From contig NW_020847248.1 in assembly GCF_003704095.1 (NCBI RefSeq), positions 1,364,001-1,428,000 on the forward strand: a stretch of DNA of 64,000 nucleotides, read 5' to 3'. Numbering within the stretch: the first letter of the stretch is position 1; each line of letters opens with the position of its first letter. The DNA is from Pocillopora damicornis (lineage: Eukaryota). Below the pieces are notes generated by a model. The model saw only the letters and a program-made list of their open reading frames with translations, was not told the origin of the DNA and did no database searches. The translations under genes and the position numbers were made by a program. Shown here piece by piece: positions 22,029 through 35,383 of this stretch.

Positions 22029-25000
22029 ATTTTGAAACACGCAGTTAGGTCAATTGTTCCCTGCAGACATGTACAATATTTCTTCGTGTAGGTCGTACGA
22101 CTCATGAACTCATGAATACATAAGAAGATCCCGATGAATCGTATGATTCGTACAGATCGTTAACCGTCGAGGTCAAAACTTAAATGAGATTCATGGATGA
22201 AAAACACAGACTTACGACTCGCGAATATATTGGCCAAACCGTAAGGATAGACAGGTCAGTTTTTACGGGTCGTTACGAGCTGTGGTATTGGACATGGATG
22301 GCGACAAAGAGGAACTGTGTGAGTGACGTGTAAACTCAATACAGTGAGCCTTCGGACATAGTAGCCAGCGCACGAACAACTAAGTAAACCAATAAATTCA
22401 TAAAGGTTCCAAATTATGTTTCTTTTTTGATGACCATTTTCTAATTGTAAATTTTGGTTTATTTTGTTTTGCCAAGAAAAAAAAGTAGTTCTGCGACCAG
22501 GAATTAAACAAGGGTTTTTCCTTTTTTGATGCTATGTTGGGCCAATAATAATTATAATAATAATAATAATAAATAAATAAAGCCCTAATTGAAGTGTCAA
22601 ACCACGTAGCTTGGGAGAAACCCATACTGATAAGGGGACACAGATTGATTGAGACTCGATAAACACAAAGCGTTCCACAAGTTCGTCAAGTGCTTTGTAT
22701 TTACGAAGATTCGTAGCTTTACATGGATATCTACTACTCTTTTGCCTCTCGACGTGTCATCGAATGCAGCTTATGTAAATTAGTACGGAATAATACAGAA
22801 ATAAAAAACAGACATTCATAATTCTGCAACTCGAGGGGGAAAATGAGCGCAGTAAAATGACGAGCAGATGCTACGCCTACAAGATTTATGTTTCTACAAT
22901 GATTTTTTAGCATTACTATCATTTCAGACAGCGAGCCGCTTTTCGTGCCACTTAATCAATAAAATGCGAAGTAAGTTCACATAACTTTTGTCAATAGTAC
23001 CTGCGGTTTTTTTAATTGTCAGAGGCGACATCGGAGAAGAATCTGATTGGGGAATTGTACGGCCTTCCCACTGAGGGGGACGCAAGCGGCTTTACCACAA
23101 AATTTCAACAAAAAAAGCTGATAACAGCTGTTTTTAGTACACGAATAAATTACTCATTCACTATTGGCCAAATGTTATCCCAATATCTTAGGTGGGCACC
23201 GACAGGCCATATTTTTCGCCACGAAATTTTTCCCGATAGGAACAGATCAGAAATATTTATTCCAAGACACGCTATATTGGTAATCAGCTGCAAGACATCG
23301 AAGAATTGCAGCAGCTATGAGCGTTTCGCCTTAGGTAAAGAATAACAGGCTTGCAAAATATGTGGGCGCCCTTACGCTCAACATTGAGACAAGGTCACCA
23401 TATCCCTTCGTTTATTTTAGATTGAAGAATACCGCGGGAATAATTGATTTTTCCGGGTATTGTTTATTCCAGACTGAAAAGGTGGTGAGAAAATAATGAA
23501 AACAATGTGTGACATGAACTTCATTTTCCTTCTGAGAACAAACAAGAAAACTCTCATTTAGGAATAAATAACGAAAGACCGCCGAAATTTGATCTACTAC
23601 CGCACAAGAATATATACTGCGAGGTGGACGGTAATGTTTGCGTACGCTGTGCAGACCTTATCCCTTCCCTTTTGCTAATGTAGTCCGGAACCACGTAAAG
23701 GCTATGGCCGTCATTTATCTACGGTCAAGGTCATTTATTTTCATGATCTGATTTCCTTCAAATAAAAAAGCCTGATCCTTCGATCTCAAGAGTGTATTTA
23801 AAACTGTATTTAAAAGGCACTAAATGACATTACTTAGGGACTATACAAAAAGCGGAAACTCGGCTTCACGGCCAATTTTTTATTTTGTTCTTTACGTTTG
23901 CAAGCATAATTCATCTTTTCATCAACAAAGGGCTCATTCTTAAATCTTAAAAGGTTATCTACAAAGAAAAACAATTCAGTAATTCTTGATAAAGCTAAAT
24001 GAGTCGTGAAAATGCGGTAAAAATATCATGCGGGGGCGATGGCATGAAAAAATATGCAAACTTTGCTCTTCAAGCAATGAATCGTTTTTAACTAACACCA
24101 CACATTTTCACGCATTGACTAAATAACTTCCTTTTAGTAAGCAAACTTTGTACTTTGCTGTGGTATAATCAAGAGCCTTAAAAGCCTTCGTCTATGATTG
24201 TCAGGAGGTTTACACATGCAGCCGGTAAAAGCCAATTATTATTTATAATATTCACGTTTGTTTAGTCCCAAGCAACATCACGTGATAAGACATCTGCTGC
24301 TCAGTACGCTGGGAAAAAAAACAATCTTTTTTTTTTTACATGTTAATGCAAAGTATCACCCCGTTCCTCGCCTTGCCTGTGTGGTTCAAACAGCTGCTTA
24401 CCAAGAACAACCTATGATATCCAAGAATAAAAAAAGGACATTTTGTGGTTTGATTTTATCGTTGGTTTAATTTTTTTTCTCTGAACAGAAAAAAAATGAA
24501 ACTGTATTCGAAAAAAAGATATTGCGCAATTGTCAGTAATTTTCTCGCCACTTATGATAAACTGGATTTTTCGATGGTTGTTAAAAGCTCTAATGCCACT
24601 AAAAGGAGGTTATTTGATATTACTGTAAATCTTAATTCCTGACATGTTTGTGAGTTATCCCGCGGTAATATTTTTCCCTTAAACTAGAGAGCTATTCCCA
24701 ATCAGAAATCGTGCGGTAATTGTTTCAGTGATTCCTTGATGCACTCAGACAATAGACCTCCTTTTCCGTTCAATTCTTTTTTCGCATTGTTGCATTTTAA
24801 GGACCCCCAAGCAGTCATTAGTCCATGCTGAAGGTAGATTGAACTTCTGTGAGGCCAATTTGGGCGGTACCTCTATTATTGTCTATTGTCCACAGGAAGC
24901 GGATGTGTTGCAAAAGCAAACATATATTTAAGGAGAACTTGAAATAAGTGATGCTTAAATTTTCAGTAAATCTGAAATAAAAACGGAGCATCAAAGCGTG

Positions 25001-25205
25001 ATAATATTGTCAAACTCAGCTGGAAACTGATGCTGAGATGTAAGCTACTCAGACTAACAATTCTCCCCAGGGTTTGAGATCTGAATAACCCTACAGAGGC
25101 ACCGCAGCGCATATTCATATTTTGATTATGCACGGCGAATTTGATTGGCGAGGCATTCTACACATCACAATATACACATCCTGTCCATAAAAACTAGGGA
25201 AGAAC

Positions 25206-26423
25206 ATGAGAATTAATGTTTATATACATCGAATCGCTGGATTAAGGACCGACTTCGATCTGCATCGGCCGAGTGAATACCTCCTCAAGAATATGATCTC
25301 CCCATCCGCACTCAAAGAGAACGACTCAAGTGCCACTAATTTCAGCCTCGTAAACAACGAGACTTCCTATGGAGGATTTGTATGCAACGGGCGCTTTACG
25401 TGGTTCAGCCATGGCCCAATGATTCCATTCTGCGTTCTGATCATCGCTTCTAACATTGTCGTCATAGCATTAGTGTATTGGAAAGAAAGCTTACGCACTC
25501 TTACCAATATCATCCTCGTATCACTGGCCGTATCAGACTTAATGTCAGGGTTAGTGGGTATCCCATTACTTTTCGCCTGCGCTGTCACCAAGACACTGGG
25601 TGCTTGCATCGCATCTGCCCTATTCATGCGCTTCACGACCGTTTCAACAGTGCTCCATTTCGTGTTGGTCGCCTCTGATCGCTATGCCATGATCACCTAT
25701 TCGATGCGCTACAACACGCTCGTAACAAGATCGCGCGTGGTATGTGCTCTTCTAACAGTTTGGATCACATCCATTGCCGTATCCACGGTGCAGATGACAT
25801 GGTACGACGTCAGTGAAAGCGTGAGAGAAAAGAAACGCGAAGACGAAGTTTACTTTTTTATTTTCATCATAGTTTTTTTCGCTTTACCTTTGCTTTACAT
25901 GTTGTTTGTGTATAGCCACATTCTCGTTGTTTCTCTTCGTCTCCTCTTTGCAACCCGAGCACGTCGCACGAACTTGGGCGACGAACCCGTGCACTCTATC
26001 ATGCGAGACTTGCGAGGAACAGCGATTCTGATCTCAATGTTGGTCGTGTTCACGGGCTGCTGGCTCCCATTTTATCTTCTTATACTACAAGATCACGTTA
26101 AGGTGGAAATAATCCCAGCCTATTCGTGGGAGCTGTGTGTGTATGCGTTCATGCGTTTTATTCCGCCAATGTCAAATCCAGTGTTCTGTTCGTTTTGCAA
26201 ACGCGATTTCCGAAGAACAATACGCACTTGGCTGAGTGCCCACGGAGTGAAGATGTGCCGAAGAAAAGATGAGTTCACTCGTGTAAGATTCACTCGAAGT
26301 CAATCAGACGGACTCACCGCTGGCTACGTTAGGAATGGGACAAGTTTAGAAACTTCACTGCAACGTTCTCCTTCACCAAGAAGCCTACGGGCAGCTAAAC
26401 AAACCATCATCATAAACCATTGA
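25206..26423 (+). CDS. Intronless class A (rhodopsin-like) orphan GPCR, 405 aa (true start may be the second Met, MISPS)
   Basis: Seven hydrophobic segments. Motifs: TM1 SN, TM2 SLAVSD, TM3 C...SDRY, TM4 W, TM5 P..Y, TM6 CWLPFY, TM7 NPVFC, helix 8 DFRR. N-terminal N-glycosylation sequons (NDS, NFS, NET). Confidence 0.93.
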   Translation: MRINVYIHRIAGLRTDFDLHRPSEYLLKNMISPSALKENDSSATNFSLVNNETSYGGFVCNGRFTWFSHGPMIPFCVLIIASNIVVIALVYWKESLRTLTNIILVSLAVSDLMSGLVGIPLLFACAVTKTLGACIASALFMRFTTVSTVLHFVLVASDRYAMITYSMRYNTLVTRSRVVCALLTVWITSIAVSTVQMTWYDVSESVREKKREDEVYFFIFIIVFFALPLLYMLFVYSHILVVSLRLLFATRARRTNLGDEPVHSIMRDLRGTAILISMLVVFTGCWLPFYLLILQDHVKVEIIPAYSWELCVYAFMRFIPPMSNPVFCSFCKRDFRRTIRTWLSAHGVKMCRRKDEFTRVRFTRSQSDGLTAGYVRNGTSLETSLQRSPSPRSLRAAKQTIIINH

Positions 26424-26549
26424 ACTGAAGCGGAAACATCTGTAAAATATATTCTTAAGAGACCAAAAGCTCTGAATTTCATCTTCTCCTGAGAAAAAAA
26501 ACATTTTATTGTATCGTTCACTTTTTTGTTAGTTTTGATTTCTTTTGGT

Positions 26550-26580
<31 letters not shown>

Positions 26581-29500
26581 GGAAAACATCATTTTGCGAC
26601 ATGAAACGCATTTTAGCTAAAGTTGTAGATGGCTCTGTATGATTTTAAACTGCATAACAAAAAAACTTATGTAACTTATTACGTAAAAACCGCAAGGAAT
26701 AACATATTTAAGAAAATTATCTAACGACAACTTTACATCCTGAGGGTAAATTAATAAGCGTTTACATGGAAAGATATGCGAAATAAAAGAAGGAAGTCAT
26801 AGTCGCCGTAAAAATAGAAAATAAATATTATACAGAATTTGTAGGGTTATAGAACTGAGTCATTGATAATATACGGAGAAAGAATGAAATATTACAAATT
26901 GATACCTGCAGTAGAATTGATGTATCCGTAATGCAAGTGTCTTAATAAATACAGTAAGACAAAATAAACTGTGTGTAGTGTTCTTGAAATTATCGTCGAT
27001 GAACAATCTTGGATCCAAATCGACACCTACATCCTTAAAATTGATCAAAAGGGGGTTTGTTTGTTATTGCTTTTCTTTTCTTAAAATAGAAGCAATAACA
27101 AAAAAGGCTTTTCTTCGTAACGCACAATACGCTCAAATAAGTAATTAATCGTCGCTATGTAGCCAAAACAAATTGACATTTCCTGTGGGAGATTTCTAAC
27201 TGATCCAGCAATTTGCCATCCAAAATTAAATTTCCTAACATCTGGAAAAATCTCTTTGCGTTTTTAATTTCTTTTTTTTTTCTTTCCCCTGTTGCTTCCC
27301 TTTAACCCTTAAAGTGTAAACAGAATAACATTAAGACAAATTACCGTATTTGCTAAAAAAAAATGGTAATGTTTAGGCTGGTAGTAAGACTTTTGATGTC
27401 ATATTTGCATATGCAATTTTCCGGAGAACTTCCCCGAAAAACAATCATTTGGCAAATAAAACCGTCTTTACTCTCCGTAAAGGATAAAATATATCCTCTC
27501 TCAGTGGAAAAGTTATATTTCTGAGCGACGTGAACAAATTACAATCCATCAAATATTTTCGCTTGTGCCCGATTGGTCTAGAGGTAGAGCATAAGCGAAT
27601 AAGCTCCATCTAAGTCTAACGAATATCCGGTGAAATTTCCTAACTTAAAAATCTTACTTTTAATTCAAGGAAAATCTTCATTTATTTCAAAAAGACAATG
27701 AGCTCCTTTTTTTCATAGAGTCGTATGAAAGACCACGAAAAGTCAAATCAGAAAGTGATAAGCCGTTTATCAACATTTTGAACGCATTGAATAATACATG
27801 GAAAAATTGACTCGACGGCTTGCATTTGTCTCAGAAATGCCCACACAGTTTTGTCTTAAGACGCTAAATATTCCTCGAAGCTCGCCGTTTTCCTCGAGCT
27901 TCGCTCTCGGTGAACTGTTCGCTTCTTGGAAAAATATAATACGCGCATATTTTTGCACCTAATGGCGCCTTTTGTTTATAGACAAACATTCCTAATTTTC
28001 GCGAAATTTCCGGCAAGTTTTATCGCGAAGGTCAACAAAGAGTGTATTAGGTAAAAAAATATGAAGATACCTTTGTGGTATGTACATAAACACCACATCG
28101 CCGAAAAGTGGCTCCAAGTTGCGTCCAAAACTAATAACAATCCCCTCTATACCGAGAAAAGTGTCTTATAATGCTTAATTAGGAGAATGCCTCGGTGTGC
28201 GAAATTTATTCAAGAAAATTGTGCCATTTCCTGCTTTTGATCTCCTGACGGTTTCAATATAAAAACTGCAGGATAGTTTTTGGAACACTGTCAATAAAAC
28301 AATCCATCTGCTCAAGAAAATGATATGAATTTTACTTACATTAGATGCTATCATTGGCATATTTCAACACGAAACTTCTGATGACAGTCAAAATCATGTT
28401 CACATTTCTTGTTGTATGAAACACCTTTTCAAACTGGCAAACACTTTGTTATCTACAAAAGCAATTGTTACAATACGTTTAAAACAAGTGCAATCTAAAG
28501 CAAATGGCCCGCTATGATTTCCAATGCAATTCTTTTGGGTTCCACGCAGAGGAATATTCAGAATTCTCAGGGTGTCTTAAGGTAGGAGTAAAATGAAAGT
28601 TAGCGAAAAAAAAAAGCCGACAAAGTTATTATCGTAGTTTCTAAAGAAAATCCTGCGTGTCCTGTTATGCAAACAACACTTTCAATACAGTGAAGAAAAC
28701 AATACAACTTGAAAAGTGCACTTTCTGAAGTCAATGACACACTTTTAAAACAAATTAACATTTCGTGATTTTTGCTTGGTGCTCATTTCAATTTTTTTTA
28801 ATCTCATTTTATTATTACTTTTTTTTATTTTCTAATTTTTTGATCAGAAAAATTATTTTAATTTGGTAAATTTGAAATACTTAGCAACATCAAAATAACC
28901 TTTGATCTCATGATAAACTCAGTTTTTTCCTCAAATGGAAACTACAATATATATATAATATATAAATTTCTCTGTTGACGAAACGATTTACAAAATACAC
29001 CCAGAATCTCTTAATAGTATCCCATTCTTAACTGCAATCTCTTCCTCAACAAAAACTAAAAGTAATTTTTTCACAAAAGTAACGATATTCTCCTGAAAGA
29101 AGACACTGCTTCTAAATGTTTATATGTTTTTGTTTTTTTAAGAACCAATTCAATTATAAAAACAAAATTAAAAATGGCATTGGCTTCAGACGTTAATATC
29201 TCTGTCTGTAACTTACTGTTGTGTCTTATATTAAGCAAGTAAAAGGTTGATTTTCTTAAACGATTTAATTGCGAGATTTTTTTTATCATGCAGAGATAAG
29301 TAAAGCATAACTCAACGACACGAATATTCAGAGAAACTCGTATTTTTGTTCAAGGTTTCAATGAAAACTTTATCACAGCCACAAGAAATGGGATTTCATT
29401 CGGAATCAAGGAGTCACTTAGCTTGTGAATTGCCATTCTTAACTGGAATCTTTTCCTTCTTATTCCATGACATTTTGGTGTTTGTTTGTCAGTTTTTTTT

Positions 29501-30274
29501 TAATGCAGTCATAACTCCCCTGCTTCCTACTGTGTAACCAATTGATGTTCTGCATGTAATTCAGCCGGCGACTTCATCTGAGCTGTTGAGTTCTGTAACC
29601 TATTGCGTAACAGAAGTTACTGATTTCGAGTTAATATCTGAGATTCAGGTCAAAGATCAGTCCTAAACTTGCAGAAAGGTCTTCTTTATTTATTTCTTAT
29701 AACATAACATATTATCATGCTTTCATGCAATGAATTCTTCTTTGCGTGACAATAAATACAATCTTTTATGAAAATAAATAGACCCTCCTCCAGACAAATG
29801 GTGACTGAGGATAATTAAAGGAAAATTTACAATGCCAAAGTAAACACCCACCTTTTGCTAAAATAACAGTTATTTTTTCAAACAGGTGTTTCTTTTTCTG
29901 GAAAAAAATCTAATTTTAAAATTCAAAAAGGAAAAAAAGATTCAAAGTTTTTTTTAGGTTGAAAGTATAGCCTATATATACTTTTCTTTTTTACAAGTAT
30001 TTGTAAATATGGCCAATTTTAGATGGTAATTCCCTCAATGATTTTAGTTGTCTAAAAAAAAAACGATTTTCTTCTCTGTCTGCCATACTCATTCTTACAA
30101 TTTTAGCTCTGATGATTTAATTCCAGGTTAGACTATAAGGACCTTGAGCAGTCAGGAAAGTAACGCCAAAGAAGACGTCGATTAAAAATTGAATTCATAT
30201 TTTTCGTTAGAATTTCGCGAATACCTGAATGTGTTTACCGTCTCTTACGGCGCCACACCTCAACTTCAGCCTAT

Positions 30275-30481
30275 CCCTTTAACTCCCAGATCAAATTTGT
30301 AATTCTCCTTACTGTCAACCATACAATTCTTATAATGTTAGTTCAGAGAATTTAGTAGTGGATCAACTTATTATCCTCAAATTGATGTTTTTCTTTGTTC
30401 TCATTACTTATCTGGTTGATATTGTATTGATATTGTAAGGAGAAATTCTGTCTTGGTCACCCATGGGAGTTAAAGGGTTAA
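30275..30481 (+). mobile_element. MITE family A (~205 bp, CCCTTTAACTCCC...GGGAGTTAAAGGG-TTAA), piggyBac-like ends
   Basis: Terminal inverted repeats with TTAA flank. Similar copies at 32207-32414, 39071-39280, 44471-44682, 45164-45357 and 60297-60504. Confidence 0.75.
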
Positions 30482-31689
30482 CGTATGTGAGCAGCATTGA
30501 GTTCCAAATGGAAACTGAAATAATTTGCCATCGGGGTTCCGTTCTCAGACCACGCAAGATTTGATGATTTAACCTTAATTTTTTAAAGAGGATGGCCAAG
30601 AAATGGGCAAAGTTTTAAAGCGCACGTGCTGAGCTATTGTTCTGCCAATTAGTTTCTTGTTTTGCCACTTCCTCACTGACATCGCTGTCGTGATTTGCCA
30701 AAAGTCCCTCCTCTTTTGCAGAGGACGACTGATACAAGTACAAAGTTTAAAAACACGCGTGCTGAACTATTGTTCTACCCATTTCTGCCCATTATATCTT
30801 TATTTGTGCCACGTCCTCGTTGCCATGCTGTTGTGGTTTGCTTAAGGTCTGATATCTCCTACTTAACAATTTTCTTTATTCTCAAGATAAATTTATTTTG
30901 GTGAGTGGTGAGAGTAAATAAAATTCTATAACCACTTCGTGAGCGCCATGGAATTAAGCTTTACTCACATAAGAGACAAATAACAAGTAAAAAAAAAAGA
31001 AGATATCTCATCTGTAATGCAAAACAAAGTTATTTTCAAAAAGGTATCTTAATGTGTTCTTTCTTGAGCTAGTTAGCAGACAGTCAGCTGAAACCTCACA
31101 ATCGTAATATTTTCACGTCTGAATATCAAGCACGTTCGCTGCGCGTAGAATAGAACATAAAGTAAACATGTTGTTGCATTACAGGCTCATGTGGAAAGTT
31201 CTGTTTCATCACCACAAATCTACTTTTTGTTGTGGACCAAATTGTATATAGGCGAATGATAATAGAACTGAAGGCTACTGTTCCTAAACATACTTCATAA
31301 AATTGACTAGCAGATTTATAATTTGAGTACACTTTTGTATCATCCGTCGACCCTTGTTTTAATTCATACCGGCAAATCCTTAAAAATAGGAGAGTGACTT
31401 CTTTAACGTCAGCAGGTGATTAACATGCAAATTCCTCGTGTAGTATCAATACACCATCATCAAACAGATGAGGAGATTGGGAAAACTTAACAGCTTGATA
31501 CAGAACCGAATTGATTTAAAATCATAGTACAAATCTTCTGGCGTTCTTTATAATTGGCTACCTATTCGCAGTTTATCTTCAACTATTCCCTGATAGAAAT
31601 TGAGTAGTGAGTCGCCTTAGAGTGCACGATCGTAGAAGAAATAAAATAAAAACAAGATCTTGTCTTGCTGTCAAGTTTTGGAAGACTAC

Positions 31690-31832
31690 AAGGTAATTTA
31701 TTATTATCAACTGAGTTGATAACGTAAATTGGCCACCGTAAAAGAGCCTAAAAGCTGACGTTTCGAGCGCTAGCCCTTTGTCTGACGTATTATCAATCAA
31801 CTCAGTTGATAATACTAAATTACCCTGTTATA

Positions 31833-31881
<49 letters not shown>

Positions 31882-31885
31882 ATTC
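31690..31885. mobile_element. Penelope-like terminal-repeat remnant (foldback)
   Basis: ATCAACTGAGTTGATAACGTAAATTGGCCACCGTAAA...AGCTGACGTTTCGAGCGCTAGCCCTTTGTC followed by the inverted arm ...CCCACCGACGCAGCACCACAG. Confidence 0.6.
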
Positions 31886-32206
31886 TTTCGGAAGACTAGT
31901 TGATTTATACTAAAACAATTACATTACTCGTTCTTGATTTCTACATGAAATAGTTATTTCGGGCTTTGTCCTCATCAATTATCACGCGATAGAAACCTCG
32001 GGTTCAAAATTTAATCGGTGAATAAGGAAATTAAATGTAATGTAATGTGGAAGCTGACGCAGAGAAATACGACTACATCTTTGGAGCGAAAGGCTACCTT
32101 GACAACGACCAGGGTTTTTTCTGCATTCGCTTATACCGCCTGAAAGGTAAAGCGATGACAAGTGTGTAATTTGATAGACTGGCTCAATAGAAAAATCTTG
32201 AGTCTT

Positions 32207-32606
32207 AAACCTTTAACTCCCATGAGTGACCAAGACAGAATTTCTCCTTACAATATCAATACAATATCAACCAGGTAAGTGATGAGAATAAAGAAAATAT
32301 CAATTTGAGGATAATAAGTTGATTCAATACTAAATTCTCTGAACTAACATTATAAGAATTGTATGGTTGAGAGAAAGGAGAATTACAAATTTGATCTGAG
32401 AGTTAAAAGGTTAACCCTCTAATTTCACCCAATTTCTCCCCACGGTACCACCCATGAATCAAACATTAAGGTCTTAACAATATAGGAAATGATGGCGTAT
32501 TCAAAAAGCCCTTGATTGTTCGATAAATTCTCTTTGTAAGTGCTATAGGAAATGTATAGAGAACAGAGGGTGAACTTGCATACTAATGTTAGGGTGTAAA
32601 GGGTTC
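32207..32606 (-). mobile_element. Adjacent MITEs: family A (32207-32414) and family B (32415-32606)
   Basis: Family A is the reverse copy of 30275-30481. Family B ends TGTTAGGGTGTAAAGGGTT, as at 55910-56090, 60815-61024, 62909-63104 and 63350-63552. Confidence 0.7.
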
Positions 32607-35383
32607 AAGACGGAACGGCTCATTTGGAGATTTCCGCGAAATAATTCAACCCCTGATAATGCCGATCATAAACTATTGTGCTATTTCTTCATGATTGTCA
32701 AACTGTTTGGCAGCTAAATTCGCCAATGTTGGAGATAGATCGATAGATAGTTTATTTGTTTCACCCAACGAAAAGTAAACATAAGTACTGAGGACCCTGT
32801 GATGCAAATTTCGAAAGTTTCTTTAATAAAGGTATTTTAATATTATTTAACGGGTGTTATAACAAAGTAATTAGTGTAACTATGCAAAATACCATTAAAC
32901 ATACATAGTCAAATATATGCCGTCCGTTACATTACTTTTTACAATTAACTCTTTTCAAGCAAAACTGATAAGTTCCATCCACAAAAGTTGTGTTATACAC
33001 ATTGAATATTTTAATTTCTGTTTTACGAAGTTTAACTTAAATCATTACTTGAAAGTTTATTGAAATCAAAATTATACCATTTGATCATAGAGAGGCAAAA
33101 TGTGTAACTCCCTTCACAAAAGCTCTCAACCCAATAACCCTGCGCTGAGTATGGGCCACGGGCATTTTTATTTAAAAAATATAATTTACTTCTAAGCTCT
33201 TAATTGTCTGTCCCAGTGGCAATAACCGCTGCTGTACAATCACAGCATGTAGCATAATAACAACCCTCAACAATTTTTTTCCTAATCGTACTCATACGCA
33301 AATGTAGGTTTCGGACAGAGGTCAGCTTGTTGTTCCCAGTGTCCCTCAGAAGCGAAAAATCCCGCGAATTAGGAGTGGAAAGGGGTGGGGGTGGGGGTGA
33401 CGACAACAAGGGTGGGGGTGGGGGTGGGGTGATGAAGACAGGGAGGTTGAATCACTAGAGACACTAGGATTTAAAGGTATTAAGTAATGGAGAAATATTT
33501 TAACGACGAATTTGACGATTGCAAATCGAAACACAGGTATATGAAAAGACAGCGAATAAGAGAAGAGGGAGGATGTGAGGACACTTTGGTTAGCACGTCA
33601 TCAAAGCTTGGACAATTGTCTAGAGATGATGTCAATCCCCAGCTCCAACCCTTCCCCCTCTTCCCACCCCACTCCCACTCGAAGTTGGGAGTGGAATGGC
33701 TCAGGTACTGACGACAACAAGAAACCGACCGTTGACAAATAAAAGGATAAAAAAAATCACATAGACTGGTTAATCCATAACAAATTTCCTTCAGAGAAGA
33801 TCATTCCTATCGGACGGCTGAAAACGGGCTCACACTGTGCCTAACAATCCACCCACAGCTAACATATTACTTGAAGTCTTCTTTTACAGAATTTACATTC
33901 ATAGCTTTGTAAATCATTTCAGACCCATTGGTGTCATTTTCATGATAGCAGGTTAGTTGTAGGTCAGAATATTGGCGTTCGATAGGCCAGCTTTTCATTA
34001 TTATGTCTATTATTGCATGTTTGATTGTCTCATCAATTAGCAAAAGCGATTAACTTGTTAGTTCTCACAACACCAATACAAAATCTATCAGAAAGGTAGT
34101 AAGATAAGACAAACACATTAGTTGAAGAATATTATCTTAATTTAACATAAGTGGGCCATACTTGATGGAATAAGTACGGCCGGAAAAAGCCATATAGCCA
34201 TGTTTACGGCCCTGAAAAATGCAAAATGCAAAATGCAAGAACGAAGAAAGACCGGCTGTCACATAATGTGGGATATTTAACTGGGAGGGAAAGCTGGACA
34301 CTCGAACATGAAGTACATCACGACTTCGTGCCAAACATTTTCCCGTCCGGCCCTTTCACTCTGTCAATAGGCAGATAATGACATTGATTCTCTTAAACAT
34401 GTTACAAAAAAAAACCTATGGTAACTAAAACGGACAGTTACCTGTCGGATCACTGCAGTGAAAGGGCCATCAGGAAATACCCTCCCTTCAAGTACCCACC
34501 TCATGATTATTTAGGGTGTAGTCCTTCCTTTCATGTGAGGTGTGATAAACTTAGAAACGTTGTATAAATTTAAAAGTTCCTTTAAACTTTTATGGTTGTC
34601 GAACAACGCTGATTAACAAACTTTACACACTAAACTGTAAACTATACGTAACTTTTATGAACCTGGTATGGGGAAAAACAGCTTACCCCTCCCACCCGTT
34701 AAGGGTTGTATCTTTCACAAGCTTCATTTTCGAGGCTGGGTTTTTGTGATTGGTTGGGTAAGTTAGTCACGGGGCTAAAGATTGGGGGGACAATTCTATC
34801 TACGAAAAAATCCCTGCAGTAATAGGCAGTATACGTCCGAACAAATAAATGGCTTTATCAAAAGTTCGAAACAGACGAGTACTATTTACTTCGCTACAAA
34901 AATAATCAGATAATCATTTTGTTTTTATCATTTAACTTCTAACTTAGCGAGATCAACCATCTATTTATCTTCTTGCAGAGAAACCCAGTCAACATTGCAG
35001 GCACCAACTTTGCAGAGATTTCTTAGATATCACGAACAACACTTTTACGAACAGCCAGATATGTGTTATGTATTTTCTGGGCCGCAATGATATTTATATA
35101 TCTTTGAATAACTGCATTATAATTTTTTTTGAGCTTTGCCTGACCTGGACGGAGATAAATGAGACCAGCCATCAAAAGGCAACATTTACACTATCCTTAT
35201 AACTAAACATAATTACACAATTTCTACATAACTCTCTGAAGGTCACTACTTGGTTACCAAGATTACTCTTTCATCTACACATGTAAATTTATCTTAAATA
35301 TCTACTTTTTAATAAATGCTATAACCAGTTAAAAACGTTTTCCTTACGTTTCAAGTGCAACATGGACGTACCACTAAGGAATA

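Noticed and set aside
25206-26423. Opsin or biogenic-amine receptor
   Set aside because: No Lys at 7.43 and no Asp at 3.32.
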